Shown here: positions 1-10,550 of the stretch, in pieces
Numbering within the stretch: position 1 is the first letter of the stretch
Layout: each line of letters opens with the position of its first letter
Assembly: GCA_965223845.1 (NCBI GenBank)
Contig: CBDCXR010000004.1
Span: 2,816,001 to 2,880,000 of the forward strand
Reading direction: 5' to 3'
Origin: Planctomycetota bacterium
GTDB taxonomy: Bacteria > Planctomycetota > UBA8108 > SXIK01
DNA length: 64,000 bases
The notes under the pieces: model-generated
The model's database searches: none
Told to the model about the DNA's origin: nothing
What the model saw: only the letters and a program-made list of their open reading frames with translations
Position numbers and translations under genes: made by a program

Positions 1-452
1 GCGAGGCGGTCGTAGATGACGTCGATCGGATTCGCCGTCCCGCGAAAGAGCGTGCGAAACCTCCGCCGGGTCTCGTCCGCGTGCCGAAAGAATCCCTCCG
101 GATCGTCCCCGCGGTAGCCAAGGCTCGTCCCGATATCGATCCGTCGCTTCCGACCCGCGCGCGGAGCGGGACGACTCGGCGACGATCGATCTCCACTCAC
201 GCGGACGTATCCCTCCGGGATTCCCTCGCGCAGAAACCGGTCCGGCGTCGGCGCCGCAGGGTCGTACGCGAGATCGTTCGCGATGAGGCGCTCGACGAGC
301 TCGGCGCACGCGGGCTGCGGATACGCAGCACGAAAGACGACCGCCGGAACCTCCGCGCGCGCGAGGGAGCGCAGGTGGTCCGTGCCGCCGCGACGCGATG
401 GACGGGGCGACAGCTCGACGGGGATCCAGGCGGATCGACTGGACGGGCGCAT
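1..452 (-). CDS. Hypothetical protein, N-terminal part (runs off the left edge)
   Basis: Manual translation from ATG at 452 (MRPSSRSAWIPVEL...RRIDIGTSLGYRGDDPEGFF...) stays open to position 1 with typical high-GC codon usage. Not in the ORF track because it has no stop in the window. Confidence 0.6.
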   Translation of the reverse strand, partial: MRPSSRSAWIPVELSPRPSRRGGTDHLRSLARAEVPAVVFRAAYPQPACAELVERLIANDLAYDPAAPTPDRFLREGIPEGYVRVSGDRSSPSRPAPRAGRKRRIDIGTSLGYRGDDPEGFFRHADETRRRFRTLFRGTANPIDVIYDRL

Positions 453-672
453 GTGGAGTTTTCCGACAGACCTTCTCGACATTCGCCACACGACGTCCGC
501 GCCGGCCGAATGCGTCGAACTCTTCTATTTGTTCTAACGAATCTCGGAGGCTCAACTCAACTGTTCCGGCCGACCGGCGGCGGCCTCGCTGAAACGTGGA
601 GGCTGAAGGCGAACCGCCGACCGCTGTCTTCCCACCTACCACACACTTTTTCCGTTCGCCGATCCTCGCGGG

Positions 673-1995
673 TTGGTACTCTGGCCGCCCGCGCGAGGGA
701 TCGCGGAGACTCACTCGGTCTCCGCGCAGTGGACGAGGATTGGGTCGACCGGCCGGTCGCGACGATCGGCCGCGGGAAAACGAGGTGGCTTCGTGGTCGG
801 CACGGTCGTCGGCGCGATTCTTCTCTTCGTCGTGTACGTTGCCGTCGAGTGGCTCACCCGCCGCTCGCTCGCGCGTCGCTACGGCTTCGCGGTCGCCGGG
901 GTTCTCGACGACGTGCGCGGCGTGCGGTGTGCGTTCGCTTCTTGGCGCCGCGCGCCGAGAGTCTTCGGACGATCGCTGCGAACACTCCCGGTTCCAGCGC
1001 TTGCATTCGTCTTCGTCGCGTGCGTAGCCGCCGGCGTTGCGGCCGACTCGGAAACCGCGATCAGCGGGGCGCTCGGACTCGCCGCGCTCTTCGTCGCGGC
1101 TGCGCTCGACGCCGCGCCTTTCCTCGAATCGAGCTCGAATCCCGCAGACTTCGCTCCTCGACGCGCGCGCGTCGTCCTCGTGCGAGTCGGTTGGGTGCTC
1201 GTCGCGGCGGTTTCGCTCATCGGAGTCGTTCGTCTCGCGGCGACGTGGAACCTCTCGACGATTTCTCCGCGAAGCGACGCGATCGGTGCGTGGCACTTTG
1301 TGCAGCAGCCGCTCGGTGCGCTGCTCCTCGTCGCGAGCGTCGTCGCGCTTCGCGAACGCCACGCCCTCACGGCGCTCGAGGCCGTCGAACGCGATCGTAC
1401 CCTCGGGTCCCTCGCGCTGCGCTGCGCCTGGGCGACGGCCCTCGCGCAGTTGTTCTTCGGCGGCGTGAGTCCGGGCTTCGCGCTCCCCGCCGGGCGAGGC
1501 GGCGCGGTCCTTGCACTTCTCGTTCTCGCGACGAAGCTCGGCCTCGTGGCCATCGTCTCGACGTGGTTCCGGATGCGCGGACCGCGCTGGCGTGCACACC
1601 AGTCTGCCCGCGCGCTCGAAATCGCACTTCCGCTCGCTGCGCTCCATCTCGCGTTGGCTAGCCCCACGGCCCCTTGGCCAGCGGTAGGGTTCGCGACCGG
1701 CATCGAGGTGCTCGTCGCCGGGTTGGTTTTGTTCGCGGCCTGGTGGGCACCCAAGTTCTCCGCGAATGCGGCCGCGCTCGCCGTTCGCATCGGCTCGGGG
1801 ATCGCGGCACCCGTCCGCGCCGTCGCGCTCGTCGCGCGAGTCGTCGTCGACGACGTCCTCGCCGGGGCGCTGGAATGGATCGCGGCATTCGCAGTTCGGG
1901 GCTTCACGCGATTGCTCGCATCGCGGCGCGCGCTCGCGGCCGCACTGGCGATCGCGTTCGTGAGCTCCCTCGTTCTGTATTTGGCCGTGCGATGA
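673..1995 (+). CDS. Polytopic membrane protein, degenerate NuoH/ND1-like
   Basis: Many hydrophobic helices. WHFVQQPLG, LFFGG and K..L...W.R...PR.R..Q resemble NuoH motifs. The acidic E..R.PFD..E.E loop is absent. Start uncertain. Confidence 0.55.
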   Translation: MVLWPPARGIAETHSVSAQWTRIGSTGRSRRSAAGKRGGFVVGTVVGAILLFVVYVAVEWLTRRSLARRYGFAVAGVLDDVRGVRCAFASWRRAPRVFGRSLRTLPVPALAFVFVACVAAGVAADSETAISGALGLAALFVAAALDAAPFLESSSNPADFAPRRARVVLVRVGWVLVAAVSLIGVVRLAATWNLSTISPRSDAIGAWHFVQQPLGALLLVASVVALRERHALTALEAVERDRTLGSLALRCAWATALAQLFFGGVSPGFALPAGRGGAVLALLVLATKLGLVAIVSTWFRMRGPRWRAHQSARALEIALPLAALHLALASPTAPWPAVGFATGIEVLVAGLVLFAAWWAPKFSANAAALAVRIGSGIAAPVRAVALVARVVVDDVLAGALEWIAAFAVRGFTRLLASRRALAAALAIAFVSSLVLYLAVR

Positions 1996-3254
1996 TCGAG
2001 TCGCTCTTCGCCATCAGCCTCTCGCTCCCCTTCGCGACCGCGGTGTGGATCGCGACGCGATCGGCTCCGGCGCCGTCGGACGAGTCAGTCCGCAGAGCGG
2101 CGCTCGCCGGAAGCGCGGCGAGCCTCGCGTTTCTGATTCCACTCCTTTCCGGGCTCGGCGCAGAGACACCGCAGGTGAGGCTCGATGGCTTCGCCGGAGT
2201 GTTCGCTCCCCTCGGCGCGGCGATCGTGATGGCTGCGATCGCCGCCCTTCCGCGGGACCCAAACGCGCGCGGTAGCTACGTCGCGGCGCTCGGAATCCAG
2301 AGTAGCCTCCTCGCCGCACTCGCGACGGCGGACGGAGCGACGTTTCTCGCGAGCTGGATCCTCGCAGGCTTCTTTCTCCGCGCGCTTCTTCCCCCCGCGC
2401 AGTCCTCGTCCGCGCGACGGGCGCGCCTTTATGTCACGTTTGGATTCCCTGCCGCGGGCGTCGCATTGCTTCCCGCCGCGAGTGAAGCGGGAGGCGAGGC
2501 GTGGGTTGCGATCGCTACCAGCCTCGCGGCCGGCATGGTGCTCCCTCTCCTTCCGTTTCAACGCGGGTACCTGGAAGCGGGAGAGAGCGTCGCGTCGCCG
2601 GCGCGAGCTCTGTTGGTGTCGGCATCCGTACTTCTCTCCGTAACCGCCCTCCTTAGGTTCGCGGGAAGCGGACTCGACGGTCTGGGGCACGTGTTCACCG
2701 TCTGGGCGATCGCGAGTCTCGTTTACGCAGCTCTGACCGCGACGCTCGAGACCAGGCTCGAGCGTTCGATCACTCTCGTAGCGACAGGGCACGCTGCGCT
2801 CGCGGCGGCGGGCATTGGCACCGGCGACGTCACCGCGATCTCCGGCGCGGTCCTCCTCGTCGCCGCGACGCTAGCGAGCGCTACGCTCCTTCTCGTGACG
2901 GCGGACTCGGTCGCGCACGGACGGGCGACTCGCGGTGTCCGCGCCGGCTTCGCCGTCACCGCCGCGCTCTGGATCGGACTGGGGCCGAGTCCGTTCATCG
3001 CCGGGGCCACGCCGATCGTGCGCGCTCTAGGCGCGAACCAACTTGGAGCGCCCGCCGCCGCGATCACCGCACTCGTTGTACTCCACGTCGCACTCGCCGC
3101 CCGCTGCATCCGCGCACTCGTCGCCGGCGCGGCCGACCGCGTCTCGGTGGTCGAGTCGCGCGGGCGCATCGAAAGCGCGATCGCAATCGCTCTCCTCGCG
3201 CTCCTCCTCGCGCTCGGCTGGATGCCCGATCTCGTCCCGGCATCGCTTCGTTAG
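1992..3254 (+). CDS. Polytopic membrane protein, degenerate NuoM/MrpD antiporter-like
   Basis: ATG at 1992 overlaps the upstream stop (ATGA). RLDGF, D...FL..W, LPLLPF, LLRF, GHAAL and SGAVL align with NuoM segments. Confidence 0.55.
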   Translation: MIESLFAISLSLPFATAVWIATRSAPAPSDESVRRAALAGSAASLAFLIPLLSGLGAETPQVRLDGFAGVFAPLGAAIVMAAIAALPRDPNARGSYVAALGIQSSLLAALATADGATFLASWILAGFFLRALLPPAQSSSARRARLYVTFGFPAAGVALLPAASEAGGEAWVAIATSLAAGMVLPLLPFQRGYLEAGESVASPARALLVSASVLLSVTALLRFAGSGLDGLGHVFTVWAIASLVYAALTATLETRLERSITLVATGHAALAAAGIGTGDVTAISGAVLLVAATLASATLLLVTADSVAHGRATRGVRAGFAVTAALWIGLGPSPFIAGATPIVRALGANQLGAPAAAITALVVLHVALAARCIRALVAGAADRVSVVESRGRIESAIAIALLALLLALGWMPDLVPASLR

Positions 3255-3799
3255 CGAGTGCTCCGGTCAGCTGACGCACGGGTCGAGTCGGGACCGGCAG
3301 AGATTCTGCACCGATCTTGGACGCGCACGAGTTGACGGACTCCGGCGTGCCATCGTAGTGTTCACGACGGAGCGCGCGGACCAACCTCTGCGGGACCGTC
3401 GGCGCGCCGAACCCACCTCGTCTTGGGAGGGACGAGAGGCAGTTCGGAGTGCTCTTCGCCACCGCCTCGCCGGTAGCGAAAGCACCCACTTGGAGAGGGA
3501 TCGCGAGGCGCATTGCGGCACCGCCTCGCCGGCAGCCGGATCGAAGGGAAGCCCCGTTCGCCGCGGCGTCCGTCGCACATGGACGCCGCAGCGCGGAAAG
3601 CTCCTCGAAAGCGCTGTCGAGCACGAATCGGCTGCGTTCACCCGAGCGCAGCCGGAATGAGGTTTCACGCATCGCGGCTGCGCGCTAGCGATCGCCCGCG
3701 TGCCGAGCGAGCCGAGATCGGCTCAGCTTCACTCTCGGCACGCTTGCGGTCGATCTCGGCGGGAGCCGCGGCGGAACACCGCCGCCCGGAGGAAATCCG

Positions 3800-5872
3800 T
3801 TGAACGGACGATGGTACATCGCAGTCGCCGGAATGGGTCTTTGGTGGACGACTGCCTCGCACGCTCAGCATCCGGTCAAAGGCTATCCCACCATGCTCGC
3901 GCTCGACGGCCCCATCGCCCCGGGAACTGGGCAGAGGATCTCGGGTTCGGGAGCTCCGCGCGAATTTGGTATTTGGGTCGAGCTATGGCGCGTCCGCCAA
4001 GGAGCTCGTGCGGCGGAGTCGGTAGCATCCGTTCCTGCGGCACCGGACGGGACGTTTGTTGTCGATCCGGTCGACGTCGGGGCCGGCGATGCCTTTTACG
4101 CCACACTCTCGCGTAGTTGGCAGTTCGATCGACCCGCGGACCTCGAAGGGTGGACGGGCTCCTCGGACGGAACTTTGCAGGTTTCCGGCGGAGTTCTTCG
4201 CGTTACGGTCGGTGACGGCAACGGCGACGGATTCCGCGACCCGTCCACCACGCTCTTCTTCACGTACAACCCGGCGTACTACCGCGTGATCGAGATTCGG
4301 CTGAGGAATCCGGCGCCGGCGAACGCCGCGAGTCGACACCTCGGCGTTCATTGGGGCGCCGGGTATCCGAACGACGTCCACCGTCACCTCGTGGCGATGC
4401 CGGAGGCGATGAGCGAGTTCGAAACCCTCCTCATCCCGATGGGACTCGGCCACACTCGTCTCGTACCGGGTCCCGTAACGGTCGATCTCGACGGTCTCTG
4501 GAACCAGGGCACAACGAACAACGCACTCCGGCTCGACCCCTGGTGCGGCATCCCGCGCGACGACGGCTCGCTCGACGGTCTCGAATTCGAAATCGACACG
4601 ATTCGCATCCGCGAGGACATGCGCTGGGACTTCCACCGCACAGGCGACGCGATGGGGATCGGTCGCGCCACCAATCTGAGCGGCTTCGCGATCGTCGACG
4701 GCGCACTCTCGTTCGCCGCCGACGGCGCCCCCACGATCGAATTTGACGTCGATACCGGCATCGTCGACCCGGCGCATTTCGCTCACTTCGCCATCGGCAC
4801 GGACAACGATCGCGTCGGCGTTTCCGACAACGCGATCGGAATGCGCTGCCGAGACATTCTCGGGACGCCGCTCGCCGTCGATTTCCTCCTCAGTGCGATC
4901 GGACGACAAGACGAGTTCTTTGCCATCGACGGCTCGGGGATGGGGTGGTCAGCCGCCGGACGCATCGCGGCCGCCGGGATCGAGTTCGACATTCCGCGGG
5001 ACGCGACTCCGGGTGATCAGCTTCGTATCGACTACCTAGGATTCATTCCGGCGCAGCCGTACGGCCCGAGCGATGCGATCGTCGCTCAGCCCGCGAACAA
5101 TCCGCCGGTCGCGGTCGCGACGAGCTCGGCGGTGAACGGTGAGGTGGAGCTCGACGCGCTCGGCATCGCCAGCGTCGAGCTCGACGCGTCGCCGTCCCAC
5201 GACGGTGACAACGGAACCCAGGGTCTTTCGTACTCCTGGGAGCAGGTGCTGGGACCGCCTGCGAGGATCGCGTCCCCGGCTGGTGTGATCACGGCGGTCG
5301 AGTTCGATGCCGCCGGCGACTACGCGTTTCGCGTCACCGTCGACGACGGGCAAGCCGTCGACGCGCTCGCGTCGGCCGAGGTCGAGGTCACAGTCCTCGA
5401 AGCCGCGCCCACCGATCCACCCGAGCCGCCGGAGCCGACCGCCCTCTTTGTTCGGGGCGAGGTCGACGGAAACGGCGTCGCGCTCGAAGTTCGCGACGGC
5501 CTCGCGATCCTGCGCGGACTCTTTCGGTCGTCGCGAACGGGAGCGATCGACTTCGCGTGTCCCGATGCAGCCGACGTGAACGACGACGGCCGCATCGATC
5601 TTGCCGACGGGATCGCGATCTTTCGGCACCATCGGGGCGCCGATCTCCCGCCGCCCGCACCCTATCCCGAGTGCGGCGCGGACCCGACGGACGATGCGCT
5701 CGGAGTCTGCACCTACGACGAGACGCAGTGCGCATCGACCGCGACCGCCGGCGACCGACAGCAGGAGAAACGCTTTCGACGGATGCTGAAGAAAAAGCGC
5801 GACCAAATGCGCGAAGGCAAGCGACGCGACACTCGGCGCCGCCCGTGCCGAGAGAAGCGGACTCGACGCTAA
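3800..5872 (+). CDS. Secreted protein with PKD/Ig-like domain and C-terminal dockerin-like domain
   Basis: Signal peptide (..ASHA-Q). NNPPVA...LDASPSHD...LSYSWEQV.GP...YAFRVTVDDG is PKD-like. FVRGEVDGNG...CPDAADVNDDGRIDLAD is dockerin-like. Confidence 0.75.
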   Translation: MNGRWYIAVAGMGLWWTTASHAQHPVKGYPTMLALDGPIAPGTGQRISGSGAPREFGIWVELWRVRQGARAAESVASVPAAPDGTFVVDPVDVGAGDAFYATLSRSWQFDRPADLEGWTGSSDGTLQVSGGVLRVTVGDGNGDGFRDPSTTLFFTYNPAYYRVIEIRLRNPAPANAASRHLGVHWGAGYPNDVHRHLVAMPEAMSEFETLLIPMGLGHTRLVPGPVTVDLDGLWNQGTTNNALRLDPWCGIPRDDGSLDGLEFEIDTIRIREDMRWDFHRTGDAMGIGRATNLSGFAIVDGALSFAADGAPTIEFDVDTGIVDPAHFAHFAIGTDNDRVGVSDNAIGMRCRDILGTPLAVDFLLSAIGRQDEFFAIDGSGMGWSAAGRIAAAGIEFDIPRDATPGDQLRIDYLGFIPAQPYGPSDAIVAQPANNPPVAVATSSAVNGEVELDALGIASVELDASPSHDGDNGTQGLSYSWEQVLGPPARIASPAGVITAVEFDAAGDYAFRVTVDDGQAVDALASAEVEVTVLEAAPTDPPEPPEPTALFVRGEVDGNGVALEVRDGLAILRGLFRSSRTGAIDFACPDAADVNDDGRIDLADGIAIFRHHRGADLPPPAPYPECGADPTDDALGVCTYDETQCASTATAGDRQQEKRFRRMLKKKRDQMREGKRRDTRRRPCREKRTRR

Positions 5873-6046
5873 CCGATCCGCCACCGACCGCGTTCCCGTC
5901 GCGCGTTCGGGAACCGAGGCGCCGGGAGCGAGCACCGAGAATCTCGACGACAGACGCGATCCGCGCGTAGATTCACCGGGACCATCCGGGGTAGTCTGCC
6001 GGGAACCCCTCCTCGGTTTCCTCGGCTCGACTCCGCGAGAGGCCCC

Positions 6047-7570
6047 ATGACCGACTTCTCGAAGCGCAGCCTCTCGGGCGCGATGGTTCTCGCGCTTGGC
6101 TGCGCCGTGATCCTCTACTCCGCAGACGGCGACTCGCCCGCGCCGTCCGCCTCGTGGCCACAGTTTCGCGGCGTGAACTCGAGCGGCCTCTCCCGCGGAG
6201 CATCGACGCCGACCGAGTTCGGCCCCGGAAAGAACGAGCTTTGGCGGCTTCCGATCGGGCTCGGCCACAGCTCGCCGTGCATCGCCGGCGACGCGATCTT
6301 CGCGACGACGTGGGATCCCGAAACGAAGAAACTCGCCGTCGTATGCGTCGATCGAACGACGGGAACGATCCGCTGGGAACGGACCGTTCCTGCGACGGCG
6401 ATCGAAAAGGGACATCCGTCGTTCAATCCGGCGAGCAGCTCGCCGGCAACCGACGGCGAGCGCGTTGTCGCGTACTTCGGCTCCTTCGGGCTCATTTGTT
6501 TCGATCGCGACGGGACGAAGCAGTGGGATCTCCCGATGCCGCTCGCAAGAACCTTTGGAGGAAACGCCGCGTCACCGGCGATCTTCGGGGATCGAGTCAT
6601 CCTCTATCGCGCGACCTACGTCGACCACTTCCTCCTCGCCGTCGACAAACGAACGGGAAACCAGCTCTGGCGAATTCCTCAAGCTGAGCCCTTCACGGGG
6701 GAGATGGCCGGCACGGCCTGCCCGATCGTCGCCGGGAAGCGATTGATCGTGCACACGGCGCGATCGATGCAGGCGTTCGATATCACAAGCGGCGAGCGCA
6801 TCTGGGTGGCGAAGTGCGCGACGACTGGAACCAGCACGCCGGTGCTCGCCGGAGACGAGGTGCTCGTCGCCGCGTGGAACAAGATGGGAGAGCCCGCGCT
6901 CCGCCCTGCGTTCCCGACGTTCGAGGAGCTCGTCGCCAAGCACGATCGCGACGCCGACAAGACGATCAGCCGGGACGAGCTGCCGACGATCTGGATTTTC
7001 CATCGTCCCGACGGTGCGGAGGCTCCGCTGAACGGCGGGACGATCCGATTTCGCAGCGCCGATCGCGACCAGAGCGGCGAGATCACTCGCGATGAGTGGG
7101 CCGCGCGAGTTCGCGATATCGATAAGTTCCGGGCCGGCTACAAGACGCACGGCATCCTCGCGATCCCGATCACAAGCGAAGGAGTCGTCGGCGACGATGG
7201 TGTCCGCACCCTCGAGAAGCAGGGGATCCCGGAGGTTCCGTCTCCGCTTTGCGACGGGACCTACGTCTACTTCGTCAAGAACGGCGGCGTCCTCACCTGT
7301 CTCGACCTAAAGACGGGAAAGCGCATGTACCGGATGCGCACGCGGGGACGCGGGACGCACTACGCATCCCCGATCATCGCCGGCGGTAAGTTGTACACCG
7401 TCTCCGGAGCAGGCCAGATCACCGTCCTCTCGCTCGGGCCGAAGCCCGAGCTTCTGGCCGTGAACGAGATGGGCGAGAGCGTGTATGCAACTCCCGCGGT
7501 CGTCGACGACACGCTCTACGTTCGAACTCACTCGACGCTCTTCGCCTTTCGCGAACGCGACGCCGACTGA
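6047..7570 (+). CDS. PQQ-like beta-propeller (BamB-like, planctomycete type) with EF-hand insert
   Basis: Signal peptide, WPQFRG, repeated SSP/ASP/ATP blade motifs, EF-hand loops DRDADKTISRDE and DRDQSGEITRDE. Confidence 0.85.
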   Translation: MTDFSKRSLSGAMVLALGCAVILYSADGDSPAPSASWPQFRGVNSSGLSRGASTPTEFGPGKNELWRLPIGLGHSSPCIAGDAIFATTWDPETKKLAVVCVDRTTGTIRWERTVPATAIEKGHPSFNPASSSPATDGERVVAYFGSFGLICFDRDGTKQWDLPMPLARTFGGNAASPAIFGDRVILYRATYVDHFLLAVDKRTGNQLWRIPQAEPFTGEMAGTACPIVAGKRLIVHTARSMQAFDITSGERIWVAKCATTGTSTPVLAGDEVLVAAWNKMGEPALRPAFPTFEELVAKHDRDADKTISRDELPTIWIFHRPDGAEAPLNGGTIRFRSADRDQSGEITRDEWAARVRDIDKFRAGYKTHGILAIPITSEGVVGDDGVRTLEKQGIPEVPSPLCDGTYVYFVKNGGVLTCLDLKTGKRMYRMRTRGRGTHYASPIIAGGKLYTVSGAGQITVLSLGPKPELLAVNEMGESVYATPAVVDDTLYVRTHSTLFAFRERDAD

Positions 7571-7624
7571 CCCGGCGAGCGATCACAGCGTCGATTCGAC
7601 CACCATCCACTCGAGAGATGCGCC

Positions 7625-9469
7625 ATGCCGAGGAAGCACCCACGATCGATTCGTTCTGCCCTAGCGCTAGCGGCTCTCCTAGTCGTAACCGGAGTCCCGG
7701 CGCGCGCGGTTGATCCACCGCCGTTTCGCTGGACGGGCGTCACGATCGACGAGATCGACATCGGCTACGGAATCCAGCTCAGCGACGTCGACGGCGACGG
7801 CGCGACCGACATCGTACTCGCCGACAAGAAGACGATTCAGTGGTACCGGAATCCGACCTGGGAGAAATACGTCATCGCGAAGGATCTTACCGAGCGCGAC
7901 AACGTCTGCGTCACCGCGCGCGATCTCGATGGCGACGGCAAGTGCGAGATCGCGGTCGGCGGTCAGTGGAACTTTCGCGAATCGCGAAAGGATGGCGCCG
8001 TCTTCTACTTGATTCCGGGTGAAGATCGCACGAAGCCATGGACCCCGGTCAAGCTCTACAACGACCCGAGCACGCACCGGATGCACTGGGTGAAGACACC
8101 GGACGGAGGCTACTCGCTCCTCGTCAAGCCGCTCCGCGGACGAGGGAGTGACAACGGCGACGGTCCGGGTCTCCGCATCCTCGAGTACGTGCGGCCGGCC
8201 GATCCGCGGGCGGAGTGGACGACGCACGTGGTGAGCGACTTTCTCCATCTCTCGCACAACTTCCACCCGGTGAACTGGGACGACGATGTCGAGGAGGAGA
8301 TCATCGTCGCGGCGAAAGAAGGAGTCTGGCACTTCGACCGCCAGGGAAGCGAATGGAAGGCGACGCAACTCACGAAGGACTTCGCCGGCGAAATCCGTGA
8401 CGGCGTCCTGCCGAGCGGAAAGCGATTCATCGTGACCGTCGAGCCGATGCACGGAAACAAATCGGCGGTCTATGTCGAGCCGGACGACGAAGGTGGAACG
8501 TGGAAGCTCGCCGCCGTGCTCGATCCTGCGCTCATCGACGGACACGCGCTCGCGTGCGCCGACTACCTGGGGGTCGGATACGACCAGGTCGTCGTCGGCT
8601 GGCGCGCCATGCACCCGAAGGGAACGCCGGGGATCAAGTTCTTCACTCCGATGAGTCCGGACGGGACCGAGTGGCGCGAGCAGCACGTCTCCGGGGCGGA
8701 GCTCGCGGTCGAGGACATCAAGGCCGGGGATCTGAACGGCGACGGCCGCCCGGACATCGTCGCGGCCGCACGGCAGACGAAGAACCTGAAGATCTTCTTT
8801 TCCGGGTCGTTCACTGCGACGCCGATCTACCAGAACGCCGAGTGGACGCGCGGCTGGTGGATGCCGCGCCACCGGCAAAAGCTCGCCGACTTGAAGAAGC
8901 AGGGTGAGGTCGACGTCCTCATGATCGGCGACTCCATCACGCACGGGTGGGAACGCGCGGGGCGCGCGACGTGGGAAAAGTACTACGCGAAACGAAAAGC
9001 GTTCAACATCGGGTACAGCGGAGACCGCACGGAGCACGTTCTCTGGCGCCTCGCACACGGCGAGGTCGACGGGATCTCACCGAAGCTCGCCGTCGTCATG
9101 ATCGGGACGAACAACACGGGGCAGCGAAAGGATCCCGCCGAGGCGACCGCCGAAGGCATCCGGGCGATCGTCGACGACCTACGCCGGCGACTGCCGAAGA
9201 CGAAAATCCTCCTCCTCGCGATCTTCCCTCGGGAGCCGCACGCAAACGGGGATCAGCGCCGGCTGAACGAGGCGATCAACGCACGCATCGCGAAGCTTGC
9301 GGATGGCGACTTCGTTCACTTCCTCGACATCAACGCGTCGTTCCTCACGGAGGACGGACGGTTGACGAAGGAGGTGATGCCGGACTTTCTCCACCCGAAT
9401 GAGAAGGGGTATGCGATCTGGGCGGAGGCTATGGAGCCGGCGATTCGGCGTCTTCTGGGGGAGGAGTGA
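7625..9469 (+). CDS. Secreted FG-GAP/VCBS beta-propeller fused to SGNH (GDSL) hydrolase
   Basis: DVDGDG, DLDGDG and DLNGDG repeats. C-terminal GDSIT, G.SGD, GTNN and DFLHP catalytic blocks (PAF-acetylhydrolase-like). Confidence 0.88.
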   Translation: MPRKHPRSIRSALALAALLVVTGVPARAVDPPPFRWTGVTIDEIDIGYGIQLSDVDGDGATDIVLADKKTIQWYRNPTWEKYVIAKDLTERDNVCVTARDLDGDGKCEIAVGGQWNFRESRKDGAVFYLIPGEDRTKPWTPVKLYNDPSTHRMHWVKTPDGGYSLLVKPLRGRGSDNGDGPGLRILEYVRPADPRAEWTTHVVSDFLHLSHNFHPVNWDDDVEEEIIVAAKEGVWHFDRQGSEWKATQLTKDFAGEIRDGVLPSGKRFIVTVEPMHGNKSAVYVEPDDEGGTWKLAAVLDPALIDGHALACADYLGVGYDQVVVGWRAMHPKGTPGIKFFTPMSPDGTEWREQHVSGAELAVEDIKAGDLNGDGRPDIVAAARQTKNLKIFFSGSFTATPIYQNAEWTRGWWMPRHRQKLADLKKQGEVDVLMIGDSITHGWERAGRATWEKYYAKRKAFNIGYSGDRTEHVLWRLAHGEVDGISPKLAVVMIGTNNTGQRKDPAEATAEGIRAIVDDLRRRLPKTKILLLAIFPREPHANGDQRRLNEAINARIAKLADGDFVHFLDINASFLTEDGRLTKEVMPDFLHPNEKGYAIWAEAMEPAIRRLLGEE

Positions 9470-9514
9470 GAGGTTTACACGAAGGGCGCGAAGGGGACGC
9501 GAAGGGAGACGAAG
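9469..9514 (+). repeat. Dispersed CGAAG-phased element, copy A
   Basis: AGAGGTTTACACGAAGGGCGCGAAGGGGACGCGAAGGGAGACGAAG, similar to copies at 10468, 33186 and 41062. Confidence 0.7.
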
Positions 9515-9517
9515 CAA

Positions 9518-9635
<118 letters not shown>

Positions 9636-9686
9636 ATGTGCGTGGGAGGGAGTGAAGAAAAGAGTCTTTGGGGCTTTTCGTGGAGT

Positions 9687-10385
9687 TCAATCCGGATAGT
9701 AGAGCCAGCGGCCGTTGCCGACGTACCAGTGAGACGTGTTCGGCGTCCAGACATGATACGAGACGTAGTAGCCGGCTCTACCGCTTGTGCGCGAAGGGTC
9801 GTAGTGGATTCGATCGCGCAGCTCCTTTCGAGTCGCCGGGAACCCGGATAGGTCTTCCGGGTAGTTTCCGGTCTTTGCGCTCGTGTCTTCCACGTATTCG
9901 ACTACGCGTTCTGCTTCCGCGTAGACCATCGCCCACTGGACCGCGAGATAGCCCGGCCATAGGATCGAAACGGACGCGACGGCGACGGCCGCTACGGCTC
10001 CGATCACACGGGTCGACCGCATCGGAGTGGCGAGCAGGAGTCCCGCGGGCAGGTTCGCAAAGAGACCGTTCGCGAGAAACCCGAGGGAAGCGACTGAGCT
10101 AACCGCGTGGTAGACGATCAGTCCGCCCGCTGCTTCCACCGGCACGATCACCGCGAAGGCGATTGTCAGAGGCGTTCGCGCGCAAGCGAGCGCGATGGCC
10201 GCGGGGAGACTCGGCACGAACCAGAGCCACGGTAGTGCATCCTCGCCCACCACGTCCTGCCGCGTCGCCTCGTCGAGCATTGCGAGGGCGCCTCCGCAGA
10301 CCGCGAAGTAGATCGACGCAACGGCGACTCGCCCGACAAAGAGGACCAGGTGCGGAGTTTCCTGACTGCCTCTGGTGTCACTCAT
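9687..10385 (-). CDS. Hypothetical membrane protein
   Basis: About 5 hydrophobic segments, then a soluble C-terminus (GNYPEDL...YYPD). No family recognised. Confidence 0.65.
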   Translation of the reverse strand: MSDTRGSQETPHLVLFVGRVAVASIYFAVCGGALAMLDEATRQDVVGEDALPWLWFVPSLPAAIALACARTPLTIAFAVIVPVEAAGGLIVYHAVSSVASLGFLANGLFANLPAGLLLATPMRSTRVIGAVAAVAVASVSILWPGYLAVQWAMVYAEAERVVEYVEDTSAKTGNYPEDLSGFPATRKELRDRIHYDPSRTSGRAGYYVSYHVWTPNTSHWYVGNGRWLYYPD

Positions 10386-10467
10386 CGCGACCCCCGCCGG
10401 CTTTGGAAGACGTCTCCGGGCTCACGAGCTGAGAAACGGCGCCTGCGGCCGCACATCTCAACTCCCT

Positions 10468-10499
10468 TGTTCCTTCGTGCCCTTCGTGGTGAATTCTCT
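10468..10499 (-). repeat. Dispersed CGAAG-phased element, copy B (short)
   Basis: The reverse complement reads AGAGAATTCACCACGAAGGGCACGAAGGAACA. Confidence 0.55.
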
Positions 10500-10550
10500 T
10501 ACGAGCAATTCACCGCCGCCGAAGAACCAAAACGCGCACGGCACCGCAAC

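Noticed and set aside
3255-3799. Small gene in this gap
   Set aside because: Candidate ORFs on both strands lack motifs, a clear RBS or convincing codon bias.
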